Shown here one piece after another: positions 50,484-64,000 of a stretch of 64,000 nt of DNA. Position 1 is the first letter of the stretch. Every line of letters begins with the position of its first letter. Origin of the DNA: Antedon mediterranea (lineage: Eukaryota > Animalia > Echinodermata). The position numbers and the translations under genes are program-made. Under the pieces are notes generated by a model. The model was not told the origin of the DNA and ran no database searches. It was given only the letters and a program-made list of their open reading frames with translations. The DNA lies in assembly GCF_964355755.1 (NCBI RefSeq), contig NC_092670.1:32786388-32850387 (forward strand). The letters run 5' to 3'.

Positions 50484-53400
50484 GATTGACAGATCTATTA
50501 TAAATGACATTGAGGCTTACGTAATTATGTATTATTACCAAATCATAATATAAATGTATCTATCAAGTAAATATCATTACAGTACAGTAGGCGGTATATC
50601 CATGTAATATCCATATGGAAATTTATTAAAACACCTAAAAACGTATGTTTTTAATTTTTTAAAAAGATAAACTGAACTGTTAGGCCTACATAATTAGTAC
50701 ATCTTTTTCATTTGATTTTTCTCAATGAATAAATTCACATAAACATTTTATCAAACGTTTAAAAATTGATACTTTAACAACTTAAGTAATCTGCTAAGAC
50801 CAACAATATGTGGACATATAGACATTTGAGAACTCTATTTTAGCTTTAAGACTTTCGAATTATGCCTAATCAATCTTTAATTTAAAAAAGAAAATGTTTT
50901 ATATAAATGAAAAACATAATGACATGATAATTATTATTACATTATAGACTGAACGTCTACATTTAATTTCAATTAAATTCAATTTTTTTAAAAACATTCC
51001 GAATAAATAATATAGTGGAATTTGTTATTATAATTGATATGTATTATAATGTAAATAAAATATATATTATAAAACCATTATCGTTCTATTTTATAAAAAA
51101 AAATATATCGTATTTTTGAAAAGTAATAATAAAAAAAAACAATATTCATTATGCTGGCTTTGTTTTTATTTTAGAAAAAACGTATGTAAGGACATTGGCC
51201 ATTTCTCCTATTTTTAAAGCTTTCCTCCATTTCTGTTGGGTGTTACGTCACATTTCTATCATAATCTCTATGGACTATTTAAATGATGATAATAATAATA
51301 ATAATGGTTAGATAAAAAGTGCAGTACTATAATATTAATAGAAAGTTTCATAAAGCCATGCTTTATTAAGAACATGAATATTTTGACCGCCTTGTACTTG
51401 TATATAGTTGTCAAATTTGTGTTGCTTTTATGCTGTAGGCCTAAGTAGGGCTGGAGGGATCCACCACTACTCGTGACTGGCCATTGTTTCTTCTCAGGTT
51501 TATGTTATTGATTTTGTAAAAGAATAAAATATGCCAATTTCAAAACTAAAATTTGCTAGTCTGTAATTAAAACATACATAGCATTACAAACATATACATA
51601 GCATTACAAACATAATTTAGTTAGGCCTATACCCGAGTTTTCTAAATTTGAATTCATTTAAAAAAAACAACAAATAACGCATGAACAAAGAATAATTAAG
51701 CTAGCTTGCTCAATGAATTACTTAAAACAGATATGACATTACGACTCCATTATTAACTGTGGTATGGAAGTATTTTTACCGGTAGTATTAACCGTGATAG
51801 GGAAATTGAACTTTAAAAACCTCAATAAAACTCCGGAAATGATCTATAGGTGTTCCGTAGTTAACATTAAAGATGGGTGTTATTTTTTTATGGACTGAGT
51901 ACATATAAATAGACGTATAATTGTCTATGGCGTAGTCGTGGAAGTTATCACAACGCGGCTTGCTTTGTAGGAATACAAATAACATATTAGCCTTTGAAAT
52001 TTCTTCGCTGTATTTTATAATTATGTTTAGTCTAAATTTGTGGGAAATAGTCTAAAACTATATTCATTCAGTCGGTGGACTTCCTTACGAATGAGTCAGA
52101 AGCATGGTTCACCAAAGGCCAATATTAACTTTTATGAATCCTAATACGTATCTGTTATATCCTATCGAATTTCCTTTTACTTTTCTAGCATTTTATTTTA
52201 TTTCGTTAACATATGAGGCTTTGTTTAGAACATTTGCTTTTTTTTTACTAAAACAAAATGTCTATTACTTACCAGTCAATACCATAAATGAATTAGCAGT
52301 TGTAGATCTACTGCCATTGTTAAAAAAAACACACGGGGAGAGACATACGATTCAAGTGTTGTGGAACCATACTAAACCATTCGGCCGAAGAAAACTTTGT
52401 CATCCTTTTTTAACGGAAAAAAAATATCGCTAAAATATTTCAAAATGTACTCATGGCAATGGAAGACCTGTCCAATGCATGCGGCATATTATAATTTATT
52501 TTGTATATGGTTTTACATGGTTGTTTAAATACTTAAAAAAAACTTTACTCAACTAGCCAATCTTTTGTGACATAATCGCAGTTCAATATTCTCCCCCGCC
52601 TCCATTGGCTAAATTGGTAGTAGTACGGCAGGCCAATAATGCTTTCAGAAACTGCTATAATTCTGGTAACAGAATAAAAACACATTCTGTCTTTTTTTTT
52701 ACATACAATCAACATTTAGATCTTTTTACGGTTTAGGCTACATACCGTGGATACACTTACGAGATTTGATAAAAAAAAATTGTAAATTCGCCCCAAAGAA
52801 ACTATCATTCTAGCATTGAACTTAAATAAAGTATGCCTCCTTAAATCCATGATACATTTACTATTACCCCTTCGAATCACTGTTTTACATGTACAGTTTG
52901 TCGTCTGGTGCATGAGTTCTCCTTATTGTTTTATTACTTATGGTGTACGCAATGAATAAAACAGACGGGATACAATCATATAGAGGTGAAACAGAGTAAC
53001 AGGAAATCTATAAATCTAGTTTAAAAATCTAGCGGATCAGTACAAACATTCAAGAGACACACATCATTATGTGAAATAACTCACTAACTAAGTGCAGAAC
53101 ATGTACCCTCAACATAAGATAATATGTTAAAATACTTTTTTTACGTAACAGGACATTTGTGGATAAGTTATTGTTAAATGCAAATTAAAAACAAGACTCA
53201 GAAAGTCAAAACAGTTAAGAGTGTATTATTCTACATTCATACTTGTTTAATTTAACGGAACAGCAGACGGTAAAATTATGGAATACACAAAATTGAACGG
53301 CGCCTTTTTTGTTCTGTGAATGTATCTTTGCACAGTTAAACCTGTTCGAAAAAAAACCCGCTTGCAGAAGGAGGCGACCGCTTACGAGAGATGTCAATGG

Positions 53401-54860
53401 ATGGGTACAAAACAATTAAGTAAAAATGATGGTGAAGTTGTTACTGTACGTTAGAGTACGTAACAGCTATCCCTTTCACTTTCCATTATGTTCAACATTA
53501 ACAGTTTAATAATGAAGTTTTGTACGTTGGAAATATAAATAATCACTATCAACTATCAACCATATTTGTGTATTTGTTATTGTATAAAGGTGATATATAG
53601 TTCAAAATATTCTGCTATTTATTATGAACCTAGCTTATTGTTGATCAATTCTTTATTAATTCAAAAGCGAATGATTCATATCTGTAGTTATACATAACTA
53701 GGTCTTTTCAATAAAATATTATGGCTGACATTGACCTTACGTATTTCTCTGTGATCTATCTTAAAGCAATTGGTATTTGACCAGGTAGTATATATTATAG
53801 TATTTCTATAATAATAATAATATATATTGGCGATATTTTCTACCCTTGAACTAAAACAATGCAGGCAATTAGGCATGAGAAAAAAAACACATTTTAATTT
53901 CCATTAAAATAGGTCACAATTGAGAGTATTTGATGAAAGTCAAGGCCCTGAATTAGACAACGACTTCTCTAAGAAGCAAAACAGATAAACAAAATAATAT
54001 AATAAATTAAATAAATAAATTTAAAAAAATCAGTTCTTTCTCATGTAACACATAAAGCAAAAACTGATTTACCTACATGATTTCATCCGATCAAGAACTT
54101 TAATTCAACCACATAAAAGATGCATCTAACTACAAGTACTGTTTAATATCTTTAGACAAACATGCTTTATTATTTATAATACTAGTACCAGAGTGTAATA
54201 ATCGTTATTGAGTTTATATTCGTTTTCTGCATAAAGAAATGAACTGAAAAAGCACAATCAGCATTATATAAAAGACTGCTTATCTTTATAGAGATAATTA
54301 AATTAGGGTTTTTCAATCAATCATTGTCAAGTGCATTGTCTTTTCTCCATAACATGATCTAGTTAGGTACGTTATTCCTACCACATCACCTTGATGGTTC
54401 CGATCGTTAAAATAAACGACTATAAAAATGATCATGAACTTCTTTACAAATTCCCCGATGGAGATCATCGGAAACATTCATTGTTAGACATGAGTCTACG
54501 AATGTGGGAATTTTCCACCTTATTTAATAGTACGTGAGTTAAACTAATCATGTTTGTCTACTTTTTCAATACAATGTACTTTTTTACCTTGGAAATTGAT
54601 TGTTTTTAAAATTTATTTTACTACAAAAAGTACAATACCGGAACAAATAGCAGACATGTCCATTGTGATATGCGTGTTACTAAACGGATTGGTTAGGTAC
54701 TGAGTATAGGCCTATTTATCATTAACTCACTTTCAGGTACTTTTAGGATTCTTCAAATCTGTTCTTCTACCGACTTTTATTAAACATTTTTTACAATGGA
54801 GAGTCTACCATAGGCTTAATAAAAATCCGAAATAAATTAAAGAACATGCAGATCATACAA

Positions 54861-54862
<2 letters not shown>

Positions 54863-54937
<75 letters not shown>
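54863..54937. repeat. (TA)n microsatellite
   Basis: About 37 uninterrupted TA units. Confidence 0.95.
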
Positions 54938-54940
<3 letters not shown>

Positions 54941-55049
54941 AAACAGACACACTTTCTTTGTTAATAGTAACATTTGGATATTAACATTTTTTAAATTTGA
55001 TTGAAACATAATGTAAATATTTTTCTGAATTTATTACATTATTGAAATA

Positions 55050-56428
55050 TATATTTATACTTGGCGACCTCTTCAGTCAAAGAATGGTCTCCCAGAGGGC
55101 CCAGTTATGATCAGTGGCTGTGATGTACTAATACACCGGGGTAACCCTCTACTCGTCTCGAAAGATGTACTAGGTTCTTTAAAGTGCACACGAGCTAGAT
55201 GTGAGCAACCATACTTTTACTAGACTATGGTATAAAAATCATTTTTAACTTGCTATGTTAACTAAAAGTCAAGTTATAAACTAAAATACGTTTAAAATGG
55301 CGGCCATCTTGGATTTCAACATGGCGGCTCAAATAGAATATTTACAAATTTAATAAAAATATATTTGGAATTCTCAGTATCACAAACATAGGTATAGAAA
55401 CCATTTTTAACTTGTTATGTTAATTAAAAGTCAAGTTATAAGCCAAAATACGTTTAAAATGGCGGCCATCTTAGATTTCAAAATGGCGGCTGAAATAGAA
55501 TATTTGCAACTTTAATAACAATATATTTGGAATCTTCAGTATCACAAACATAGGTATAGAAACCATTTTTAACTTGCTATGTCACTTAAAAGTCAAGTTA
55601 TAAGCCAACATACGTTTAAATGGCGGCCATCTTGGATTTCAACATGGCGGCTGAAATAGAATATTTGCAACTTTAATAACAATATATTTGGAATCTTCAG
55701 TATCACAAACATAGGTATAGAAACCATTTTTAACTTGATATGTCACTTAAAAGTCAAGTTATAAGCCAACATACGTTTAAAATGGCGGCCATCTTGGATT
55801 TCAACATGGCGACTGAAATAGAATATTTGCAACTTTAATAACAATATATTTGGAATCTTCAGTATCACAAACATAGGTATAGAAATCATTTTTAACTTGC
55901 TATGTCACTTAAAAGTCAAGTTATAACCCAAAATACGTTTAAAATGGCGGCCATCTTGGATTTCAACATGGCGGCTGAAATAGAATTATTACAACTTTAA
56001 TAACAATATATTTGGAATCCTCAGTATCACAAACATGGGTATAGACACAATTTTTAACTTGCTAAGTCACTTAAAAGTCAAGTTATAAGCCAAAATAAAT
56101 TTGAAATGGCGGCCATTTTGTTTTTCACATTTAAGGGTGAAGATCTAAAAATTGAGCCGGGTAAACAGCAGATTTGAATTCAGCACCCAAAAATTACCCT
56201 AAAACACATGTTTTTTCGCTTTTAACACGAAATGCCTACAGCATCTTATTAAAGTGGAAATATAACTATCTGGACTAGTCTACACTGGACCTACGGTTTA
56301 TAGTCCTTATCCGAGAAGACTCGTTCTACCACCAGAACCATAGAGTGAGTGAGCCTCGAACCCTTGCCAATGTTATGGCTACGTAAATACGGTTCCACTG
56401 TCTTAACCGCTCGGCCACTCACTCACTC
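55050..56428 (-). mobile_element. tRNA-derived Deu/Nin-domain SINE, split by an insertion at ~55205-56278
   Basis: Head GTGGCCGAGCGGTTAAGAC..GGTTCGAGG; core CTCGGATAAGGACTATAAACCGTAGGTCC ... GCACTTTAAAGAACC ... CCCCGGTGT; matches 59834-60050. Confidence 0.8.
55205..56278. mobile_element. One-ended DNA-transposon fragment made of ~122-bp tandem repeats (7-8 units); right end ...ATCTGGACTA
   Basis: Unit contains AAAATGGCGGCCATCTTGGATTTCAACATGGCGGC; interrupts the SINE between GATGTG and GTCTACACTGG. Confidence 0.7.
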
Positions 56429-58009
56429 AATGATTATTATTATTTGATGATGATGATAATGATGATGATGATAGCAAATCTACAACATATTGGAATGTTA
56501 CACTATTCATTCTCTAAATAGCACCAGTTTTAGACATATTTACCGAACAGTTCTCTATTGATGTCCGAAGTACTTCCACATTACATATTTTACAAACTTG
56601 GGTTTAACTGTAATATTACATAGTGGATTTAATGAGCCATCCTCTAGAGCAATATAATCTAACTATTTATAAATATCGTAAAAGCAGATGTTAAGGATTC
56701 ATAAAGATATAATAGTTTTATCAACACAGCTGTTAGCCTAGGCCAACCTGCACTTAAGATTTCCCAACGGTGTGAATGAGTATCTCCGCAAAGAAACCAC
56801 ATAATCTCGCAGGAAATGGAGCATATTGACTGATCCCCTTACTGAATTAACTTTGGCAGCAGACAGCATTCTTAAATATGTAATAATGTTATAATGTTAG
56901 TGGTCTCAACGTGTTTACACACAATCGAGTAAATGCTGCACCTCACTGTATTTGAATATTAAATTACTGACGAAAATTATGCTTTCTGTTATTTTCAGTT
57001 ACCATCCACTGAAAAAACAGTTATACCTAACGGAGAAATTCTATGCTAAGTTTGATTCTGTGTCCGTTATAATCTATATACCTCGTTCTATAAAATAAAA
57101 CCTGTACTACTTGTATTGCCAGTAGCAATGATAGTGTTGCGGGGAATTGGCTGTGAAAATTCTTAACCAGCAAAATATTTAGCATTTTCTCAAACTGATG
57201 GTTATTATGTATACCCACTGCTAAAGGAGGAATTAATAATTTCAGATAGCTGTTGCATATTGTTCAGACTATTAACATAAATAGATTAATTTCCGAATTG
57301 AAAATGTAATGTATTGTCCTTTTATCTTACAATTAATTAATTATTGATAAAGTTAAAAATTAAAATAGTAAATGAATAAAAACAGGTTTTTAGTAAATGC
57401 AGTTAATTTTCCGTTAAATAGAAATGACAAGCATGTATGTACGCTTAAAGTTGTTGTTATAGGTGGAAGTAATTTCCTTGCAATAGTGCATAAAAGCGTA
57501 TTGAAAAAATATCTGCTTGATCAACGCTAAATTTATTTTAATTGTATAGGTGTATTTTAAATTGTGTAACACAGTAATACAAATTGATTACATTTTTTAT
57601 ATATTCTGTATATTTTATATTCATTTTTAACTTGTATTAAGTTGTATATTACAGGGGTTGCGGACACAAATGTGTTATGGCGCTCTGTTGCTGTCGCAAC
57701 CCCTGGACCGCTTGTTGTCGAATAAAGAAATGAAATGAAATGAAATGTACCAAAACAATGCAAATAATTATAACAACCACCTATTTCCTTTCTTTATTTT
57801 GTGTATCCTATTTCATCGATGAATATTTTACTAAGATAATTGAGGGCGTATTCGACTATTTTAAAAGAGTGTGCTCTTCAACTTTGGTAAACCTAATAAA
57901 AACTGTGCATGCATTGTTATGAATTTATTAAACTTGCATTCGTAAATAAATAATGTAACTGTGATTCCATGACAGCCACTGTTAGAATAGTACAGTATCT
58001 AATGGAACA

Positions 58010-58690
58010 ATGTTGAGCTAATATTATTAAATGGTATATTATGTAGGCCTACACTCCGTCACTCACCAGACGCCTGTGTCCAGGGGACTATTTGACACGT
58101 GTGCATAGGCCAACACAAAACAACCAAAATAAAACTTAAGCTGTAATTTGTTAAACAAATTGTGTCATATTGTAAATTATATAAATTAATAATTATACAA
58201 ATATTATCAATAAATGTAAACATTCAATTAAATTATTGTTGAGCTTATATTATTAAATGGTTCATTATGTACACTTCGTCACCCACCTCCACACGCCTGT
58301 GTCCAGGGGACTATTTGACATGTATGCATAGGCAAACATAAAACAAACAATATAAAACTTAAGCTGTAATGAGTTAAACAAATTGTGTCATATTGTAAAT
58401 TATATAAATTAATAATTATACAAATATTATCAATAAATGTAAATATTCAATTAAATTATTGTTGAGCTTATATTATTAAATGGTTCATTATGACACTTCG
58501 TCACCCACTTCCACACGCCTGTGTCCAGGGGACTATTTGACATGTATGCATAGGCAAACATAAAACAAACAATATAAAACTTAAGCTGTAATGTATTAAA
58601 CTAATTGTGTGTTATTGTAAATTATATAAATTAGAATTATACAAATAGTTTAAATTAATAAATGAAAACATTCAATTCAATTATTGCTCC
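58010..58690. repeat. ~228-bp tandem repeat, 3 copies
   Basis: ACGCCTGTGTCCAGGGGACTATTTGACA at ~58070, ~58293 and ~58515. Confidence 0.9.
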
Positions 58691-59833
58691 CTCTATTGTA
58701 AAGTTCTAAAAATTGAATAACACCGTTTTAATATTAACGCCCTCTTTAGTGGAGCACGAGTTAACATACGTTTTACAGAAACTCAATCAAACTCTATTAA
58801 AGTATGAACAGTACTAACAAAACATCTCTGATATTGATATTATCATTTTTGGCAGAAATTAATTGTGCTGTACAAAACAGCATTAATAGGCCTATAAACA
58901 AAAACAGAACACGCACTCTAAAATTAATATGATCGTTAGTAGCATTAATATATCGAAAATGTTACTGTAGAGATACAGTCATGTGTAAGACTTCATTCGC
59001 CATAATCTTGTGACATTCATTATACGCCTAATTTGAATACGTGATTCTAAAATCGCCCTTACGAGGCCTATTTTAGTGATAGTACAAACATGGTGAAAAT
59101 AAACCCTGGTACGAATAGGTATGTCAGAACAATAAGGATATGATCCGTACAATGTACAATCGTCTAGCCATCGTACTACCGAAACACTTGTTAACAATCG
59201 AATACATGTCACAACATTTGATTATAAATGATATACTTTTTTCCAGACGTTTCCAAAAAATAAAATGTAAAGATGACTGATCAATATTCTCTATACATTT
59301 TTCATTAATTTTAGGAACTGGATACATTTACAGTTGTTCTGACTTGTGTATTGTTGTTTTTTTTTGTGGTAATTTTGTGTCATGTGCTGCCGTTTGGTTT
59401 CTGTGTTATTTCTTTTGAAATTATGTTTGTTTTCCTGTCTATTTCTGGTTAAACATGTCGGCGTTTAGTTGTGTGGGTTGTCTACCATTTTCTCCATTAA
59501 AACATTACTATTCGTCATTCATGATTAAGCACTAACGGGGGTAAAAACAATTTTGAATGTCATTTTTTTTTCAGTATTATTTTGAATTATCAAATAAGAA
59601 TATTTTGGCAAGTACAGAACTGTAGGTACTGTTACCTAATTATAATAATTACATTAATTATTATTGTTATAATTAGCTATAGTATATATTTCTTTTGATG
59701 TTTTTATTTTTGTTTATTCATTGCCAAATCACAATTTGTTTCACTTATTTTTGTTTTTAATGATTTATCCAATTTTCCAAACAAAATTAACCATATAAAT
59801 GGCAACGCACAGAATATAAATGAACAGAGGTTA

Positions 59834-60210
59834 GTGAGTGTGGCCGAGCGTTAAGACAGTGGAACCGTAATCCATAGCCATAACATCGGCAAGGTTTCGA
59901 GGCTCACTCGCTCCATGGTTCTGGTGGTATAACAAGTCTTCTCGGATAAGATATAAACCGTAGGTCCAGTGTACATCTGGCTCATGTGCACTTTAAAGAA
60001 CCTAGTACATCTTCCGAGACGAGTAGGGGGTTACCCCGGTGTACTAGTTCATACACACACACTGTCGTGGACAGACGTAATGGCGCCGTAGTTGGCTGCC
60101 GATGACACGATGTGACCCTTATATTGGGAGAAGAATGTTGTTTGATCACTTGTTGCTGAAATTGGCGCTTTACAAATTCGTATATATTATATTATATTAT
60201 TATTATTATA
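59834..60210 (+). mobile_element. Full-length tRNA-derived Deu/Nin-domain SINE with (TAT)n tail
   Basis: A box GTGGCCGAGCG, B-box-like GGTTTCGAGG, Deu-like core, 3' GGCGCTTTACAAAT followed by TATTATTAT. Confidence 0.8.
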
Positions 60211-61205
60211 AAATACTAAACTAATTAAATAATGTTTCAATTATTTATTATCATTTATTGCTAAAATATTCAACTCATGATTCCTTAACTTAAAGCGAAC
60301 AAATGATAACAATGTAATGTAATAAAATCTATTTTACTCTTGCATGCTAAAATAAATATTGAATTCATAGTTTTTCTTAATATATTTATTTATAAATAGA
60401 CGGTCCTTGTCACTGACAGACACTGATTACAAGGAATTTATTTTTTCCCCACAGATAGGCATACTGCATATAGACCTACTCTATAGGCCCTACTGCATGG
60501 GTCTCACTGTATAGGCCTATTACAAATAAAGCTGATCATTGTATCTCGTATCGGTATACCACAAACGGATATGGAGCATTATTAAGAAAACATCGTGTAC
60601 TTGTATACAATCTATTCAGAACGTTGTACAATGTGTTACAAGACCTGCAAATGAGGTCAATTATTAGAAGGTCGTAAATAATAATCACACATATTTAAGA
60701 GCAATTAGGTCAAATGATATATCAATACGATGACACTAATAATATAATGGAATAGCATTGTTTAAGTAAACTTATGTCATTAACCTTATAAGAAGAATAT
60801 TTAAAAACATGTTTATTATAATTTAGGCTTCTGTAGGCATTTGTTTGTCGTATCAATTTTATCAAAAGTAAAATTTAAAAAATATTCCTATATTTAAGTT
60901 AGCTTTAAGTTTGTGATTGGTCAACTCACTACCCTGTGTTGCGTCCACATAAGAACCATTATTTTCTCTTTTTTTTAAATTTTAATTTATATTTGATTTA
61001 TATATTTATAAATGATTGTAGATATTATTTTACTTTAATACCCCTTAATGCGTTTTGAATACCCGGAAGTAAACGTATGGATTACGACGGATACAGGAAG
61101 CAATTCAAAAACGTACTTCCAGACCAAGTCTGTAACCGCTCTCTATAATAATACTGTGTTCAATTTGTTTAAAATTCCAGGCTTTACACAGGCTACACAC
61201 AAACA

Positions 61206-62249
61206 ATGTACTCAATACTGCAAAATACGTGTATTGTACTTTTTCTATCAACACTGGCCCACTGTAAGTTACATTGTTCAAAGGATCCAGATAATCTAAT
61301 GTTAGGAGACTTTGTTACTTTAACTTGTAAGAAAGATATCATTACCGAAAACGATTCTTTTCGGTTGGTGTGGAAATCACTAAAAACACAGGCGATTAAT
61401 ACCGATAGTTATGTCCTTTCAACGGGACAGACAGCCAAATTGGTCGCTAAGGTAAAACTTACCGAAGAAGATAATTACCAGAAGTTCACATGTAAAGAAA
61501 GGCGGGATCAACAGACAGCAGATATGTGTGAGGTAACACCGTTGAAAATTGCGTCAGAGGTAATGGTTACGGCTTCACTACAGCCCACGTATCAAACAGC
61601 AAACGTAACTTTTTCTTGTGAAGCAAAAATGTTGCCAATTGTTTCAAGATATTCGTGGAGTTTTGATGGAAACTCGATTCAAGATGGTGGACGTTTTCAA
61701 ATATTAAATGGTGGAAAGACACTTATTGTTCAGAATGTATTGCTTGATGACCACAAAAAGATAGCAACCTGCACAAGCTTTAATCGACTTGGTCTAAGTA
61801 AGTCAGGCTCAAATATTGTTATGATAGATCCTGAAATGATTCCCCCTTCAATGATAAAATCTGACAAAGACTTATTCATCCTTGGTATTGGAGCTGGTTT
61901 TTCAGCGATGGCTATCCTTGTCGTTATATTCTGCATCGTTGCTGCAATTGTAAAGAAAAATGCCAGAAAGAATTCTAAACCTCTTACTGATTCCGATGAA
62001 GATGAAGAAACAGCATGTAAGGCAATCGATGGCCATACGAGGTCAAAGTGCAATCCATATGCGTCTAGTGATCTAGGAGTTAGTGGGCCTACATCGATGT
62101 CTGAAAGATGTCAGGAGAAAGAACGCCAACTTGACCTCGAGGCAGAAAGTGACCAAGAAAGACGCTATTTTACGTTAGAAAAACCAGATGCTGAGAGTTT
62201 CAGTAAGCCTGAATCATTATATGCTTCAATCGAAGAAGAACGTTTATAA
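61206..62249 (+). CDS. Type I membrane protein: signal peptide, two Ig-like domains, TM, tail ending in an ITIM-like SLYASI (347 aa)
   Basis: MYSILQNTCIVLFLSTLAHC signal; FVTLTC..LVW..EEDNYQKFTC; VTFSC..YSWSFDG..GRFQILNGGKTLIVQNV..DDHKKIATC; TM ILGIGAGFSAMAILVVIFCIVAAIV-KK. Paralog of 49050-50483. Confidence 0.85.
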   Translation: MYSILQNTCIVLFLSTLAHCKLHCSKDPDNLMLGDFVTLTCKKDIITENDSFRLVWKSLKTQAINTDSYVLSTGQTAKLVAKVKLTEEDNYQKFTCKERRDQQTADMCEVTPLKIASEVMVTASLQPTYQTANVTFSCEAKMLPIVSRYSWSFDGNSIQDGGRFQILNGGKTLIVQNVLLDDHKKIATCTSFNRLGLSKSGSNIVMIDPEMIPPSMIKSDKDLFILGIGAGFSAMAILVVIFCIVAAIVKKNARKNSKPLTDSDEDEETACKAIDGHTRSKCNPYASSDLGVSGPTSMSERCQEKERQLDLEAESDQERRYFTLEKPDAESFSKPESLYASIEEERL

Positions 62250-64000
62250 AATAATATTTATGTTAATGTTAATCAAAATACAAAAAGTGTCTGGTACTAT
62301 TTGCACTTTCAATCCGAAACTGCTTGATAGTGATTTTTTAATTTGTAAGGTTATTTCTACAATCAAAACTCAATTTTTGTTTATTATAGAATAAATAATT
62401 TTGATAATAGGCCTATATAATAACTTTTTAATAAAAAGCAGATGATGTTTGAAATAAATAAGAAATGTAAATTAACTACTGTTCATAACTAGTATGAGCA
62501 TGAATTATTTTAAATTAATAGTAAATATTAAATAAAGGGTTCAGTTTTATTTTAGTAAAATTTGACTAAAGTTATCAATGTATATAATATAATGACAATA
62601 TCATTACTATTAATATGTTTTGTAACAGTCAGTCTGTATCTGCCCTGTTGGCTTGGGTATTAAGTGGAAACAATACTAAGGTCGAAATTCTCCATAGATC
62701 ATCTTTTCATTTCTCAGACAATGTCTAAAGTTTAATATACATCAATTGTGGCTTAGGTTACCATAATATAACATTTATAAGTTGTAGACGTCTGTCATAA
62801 TATTGTTCTCCTAAATTTTAATTTGGAATACATGAATTATTAATATTAATACCGTATATATATCATTATTCGTTAACAACAAATTTGTATACCATTATAA
62901 ATAAAGAAACGAATGTACCGAACTGTTATTAGGATTAAATGCGAAACTTAGATTATTAAATTTTCTCAATGTTAAATTTATTTGTAATAAAAATTGTACT
63001 AAACTAATTAAATATTACAAAATCAAACCGTGTATCATTTAACTTTATAATTTTGTTATATGTAAGCCTAAAAAATGCAAATGCATAGATAACAATATTA
63101 AGAAAATGTTATGAAACAAAGCGAAACAGTTAAAATAACAACATGTAATGTCGGTGTTCTTGACCTTCTATCACGTGATATTAATAATCCCGTGGTCGTA
63201 TTCACCAATCACACTTAAGTATGATTATTTTACTTAATTAATAATATTTCAATAAAGTCAATAGGTATTTTAGAATGGTTGGTATTTGTAGGTACCAGAA
63301 GTTTTTCAAATGTTGAATTTGTGTGAGTGGTAAATAAGTGGTTACTTTTATATGAACACAAAGAACAGTAACACCAGTGCACGTTAGTAAACATTTTTAA
63401 AATGTTGTACCGTAAACTAGAAGCATAATTTCAAGTTTGACTAATTCCGGGCATTTTAATATCCAAAAGCTTTTATTTTTGGCGAAGTAATCAATGCTTT
63501 ATTTATGCAACTATGTATTGGTATTTTTTTTAATCATTTTTTTTACTGAAAGTTAAAAGGTTTATACAATTATGACAGACAGTGAATATTCAAATCACCT
63601 ATGTTAAAAAAATTGCTCTTCGATACTGAACAATCTTTTCACTCTAACTTTCAGGCGACAACTTGTAAGTTTATAATTAAAATGCCGTTGACAATTACAT
63701 TTATCATAATTAAAAGCAATCAATTTGCAGGCCTATTATTTGCGTGCGATAATACATGTAATCACTTTATATAAAGCCCATAGGCGCTAATCGGTGTGTT
63801 GAATGACGATCAAACATGAATAACAGGATAATCATGATAATGAATTACATCGTGTGAATGCACATCGTTTTTCACACATCCCCGTTATCCCAAGGGAGTT
63901 AAACATACGTTCTTAGTAATCCAGAAAAAAAGAGGTAGCCGAAGTTATGTTTTCCTCCTTTTTTCCTATTATGATATTTATTTTTTTCATAAGTAAAAGT

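Overview
AT-rich eukaryotic (metazoan) DNA, most likely a marine deuterostome such as an echinoderm. That taxon is inferred from GT-AG introns, Deu/Nin-domain SINEs and abundant TAGGCCTA motifs. Host genes are: a small paralogous family of secreted proteins sharing an N-terminal 3-Cys motif (one intact LamG/ConA-like gene at 7068-8693, a LamG pseudogene with a 13-aa repeat stalk at 15447-18188, and a stalk-only copy at 32572-33213); an intronless sulfotransferase-fold (BCAT-like) ORF at 38166-39122; and two single-coding-exon Ig-domain type I membrane receptors with tyrosine-motif tails (49050-50483, 61206-62249). The rest is densely nested mobile DNA. It includes an internally deleted, spliced Academ-like transposase behind a ~140-bp TIR, and a non-autonomous copy of the same family with a 9-bp TSD whose TIR is split by three tandem Helentron-type units. 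There is also a 4-kb foldback element (TAG..CTA ends, 3-bp TSD), a Penelope retroelement with an inverted pLTR, hammerhead motifs and a 12-bp TSD, several MITEs, and DeuSINEs with different tails. A (TA)n-associated repeat carries a complete tRNA cloverleaf with an ATC anticodon and co-occurs with a minimal-hammerhead module. All calls were made by eye without database searches, so family names are pattern-based.
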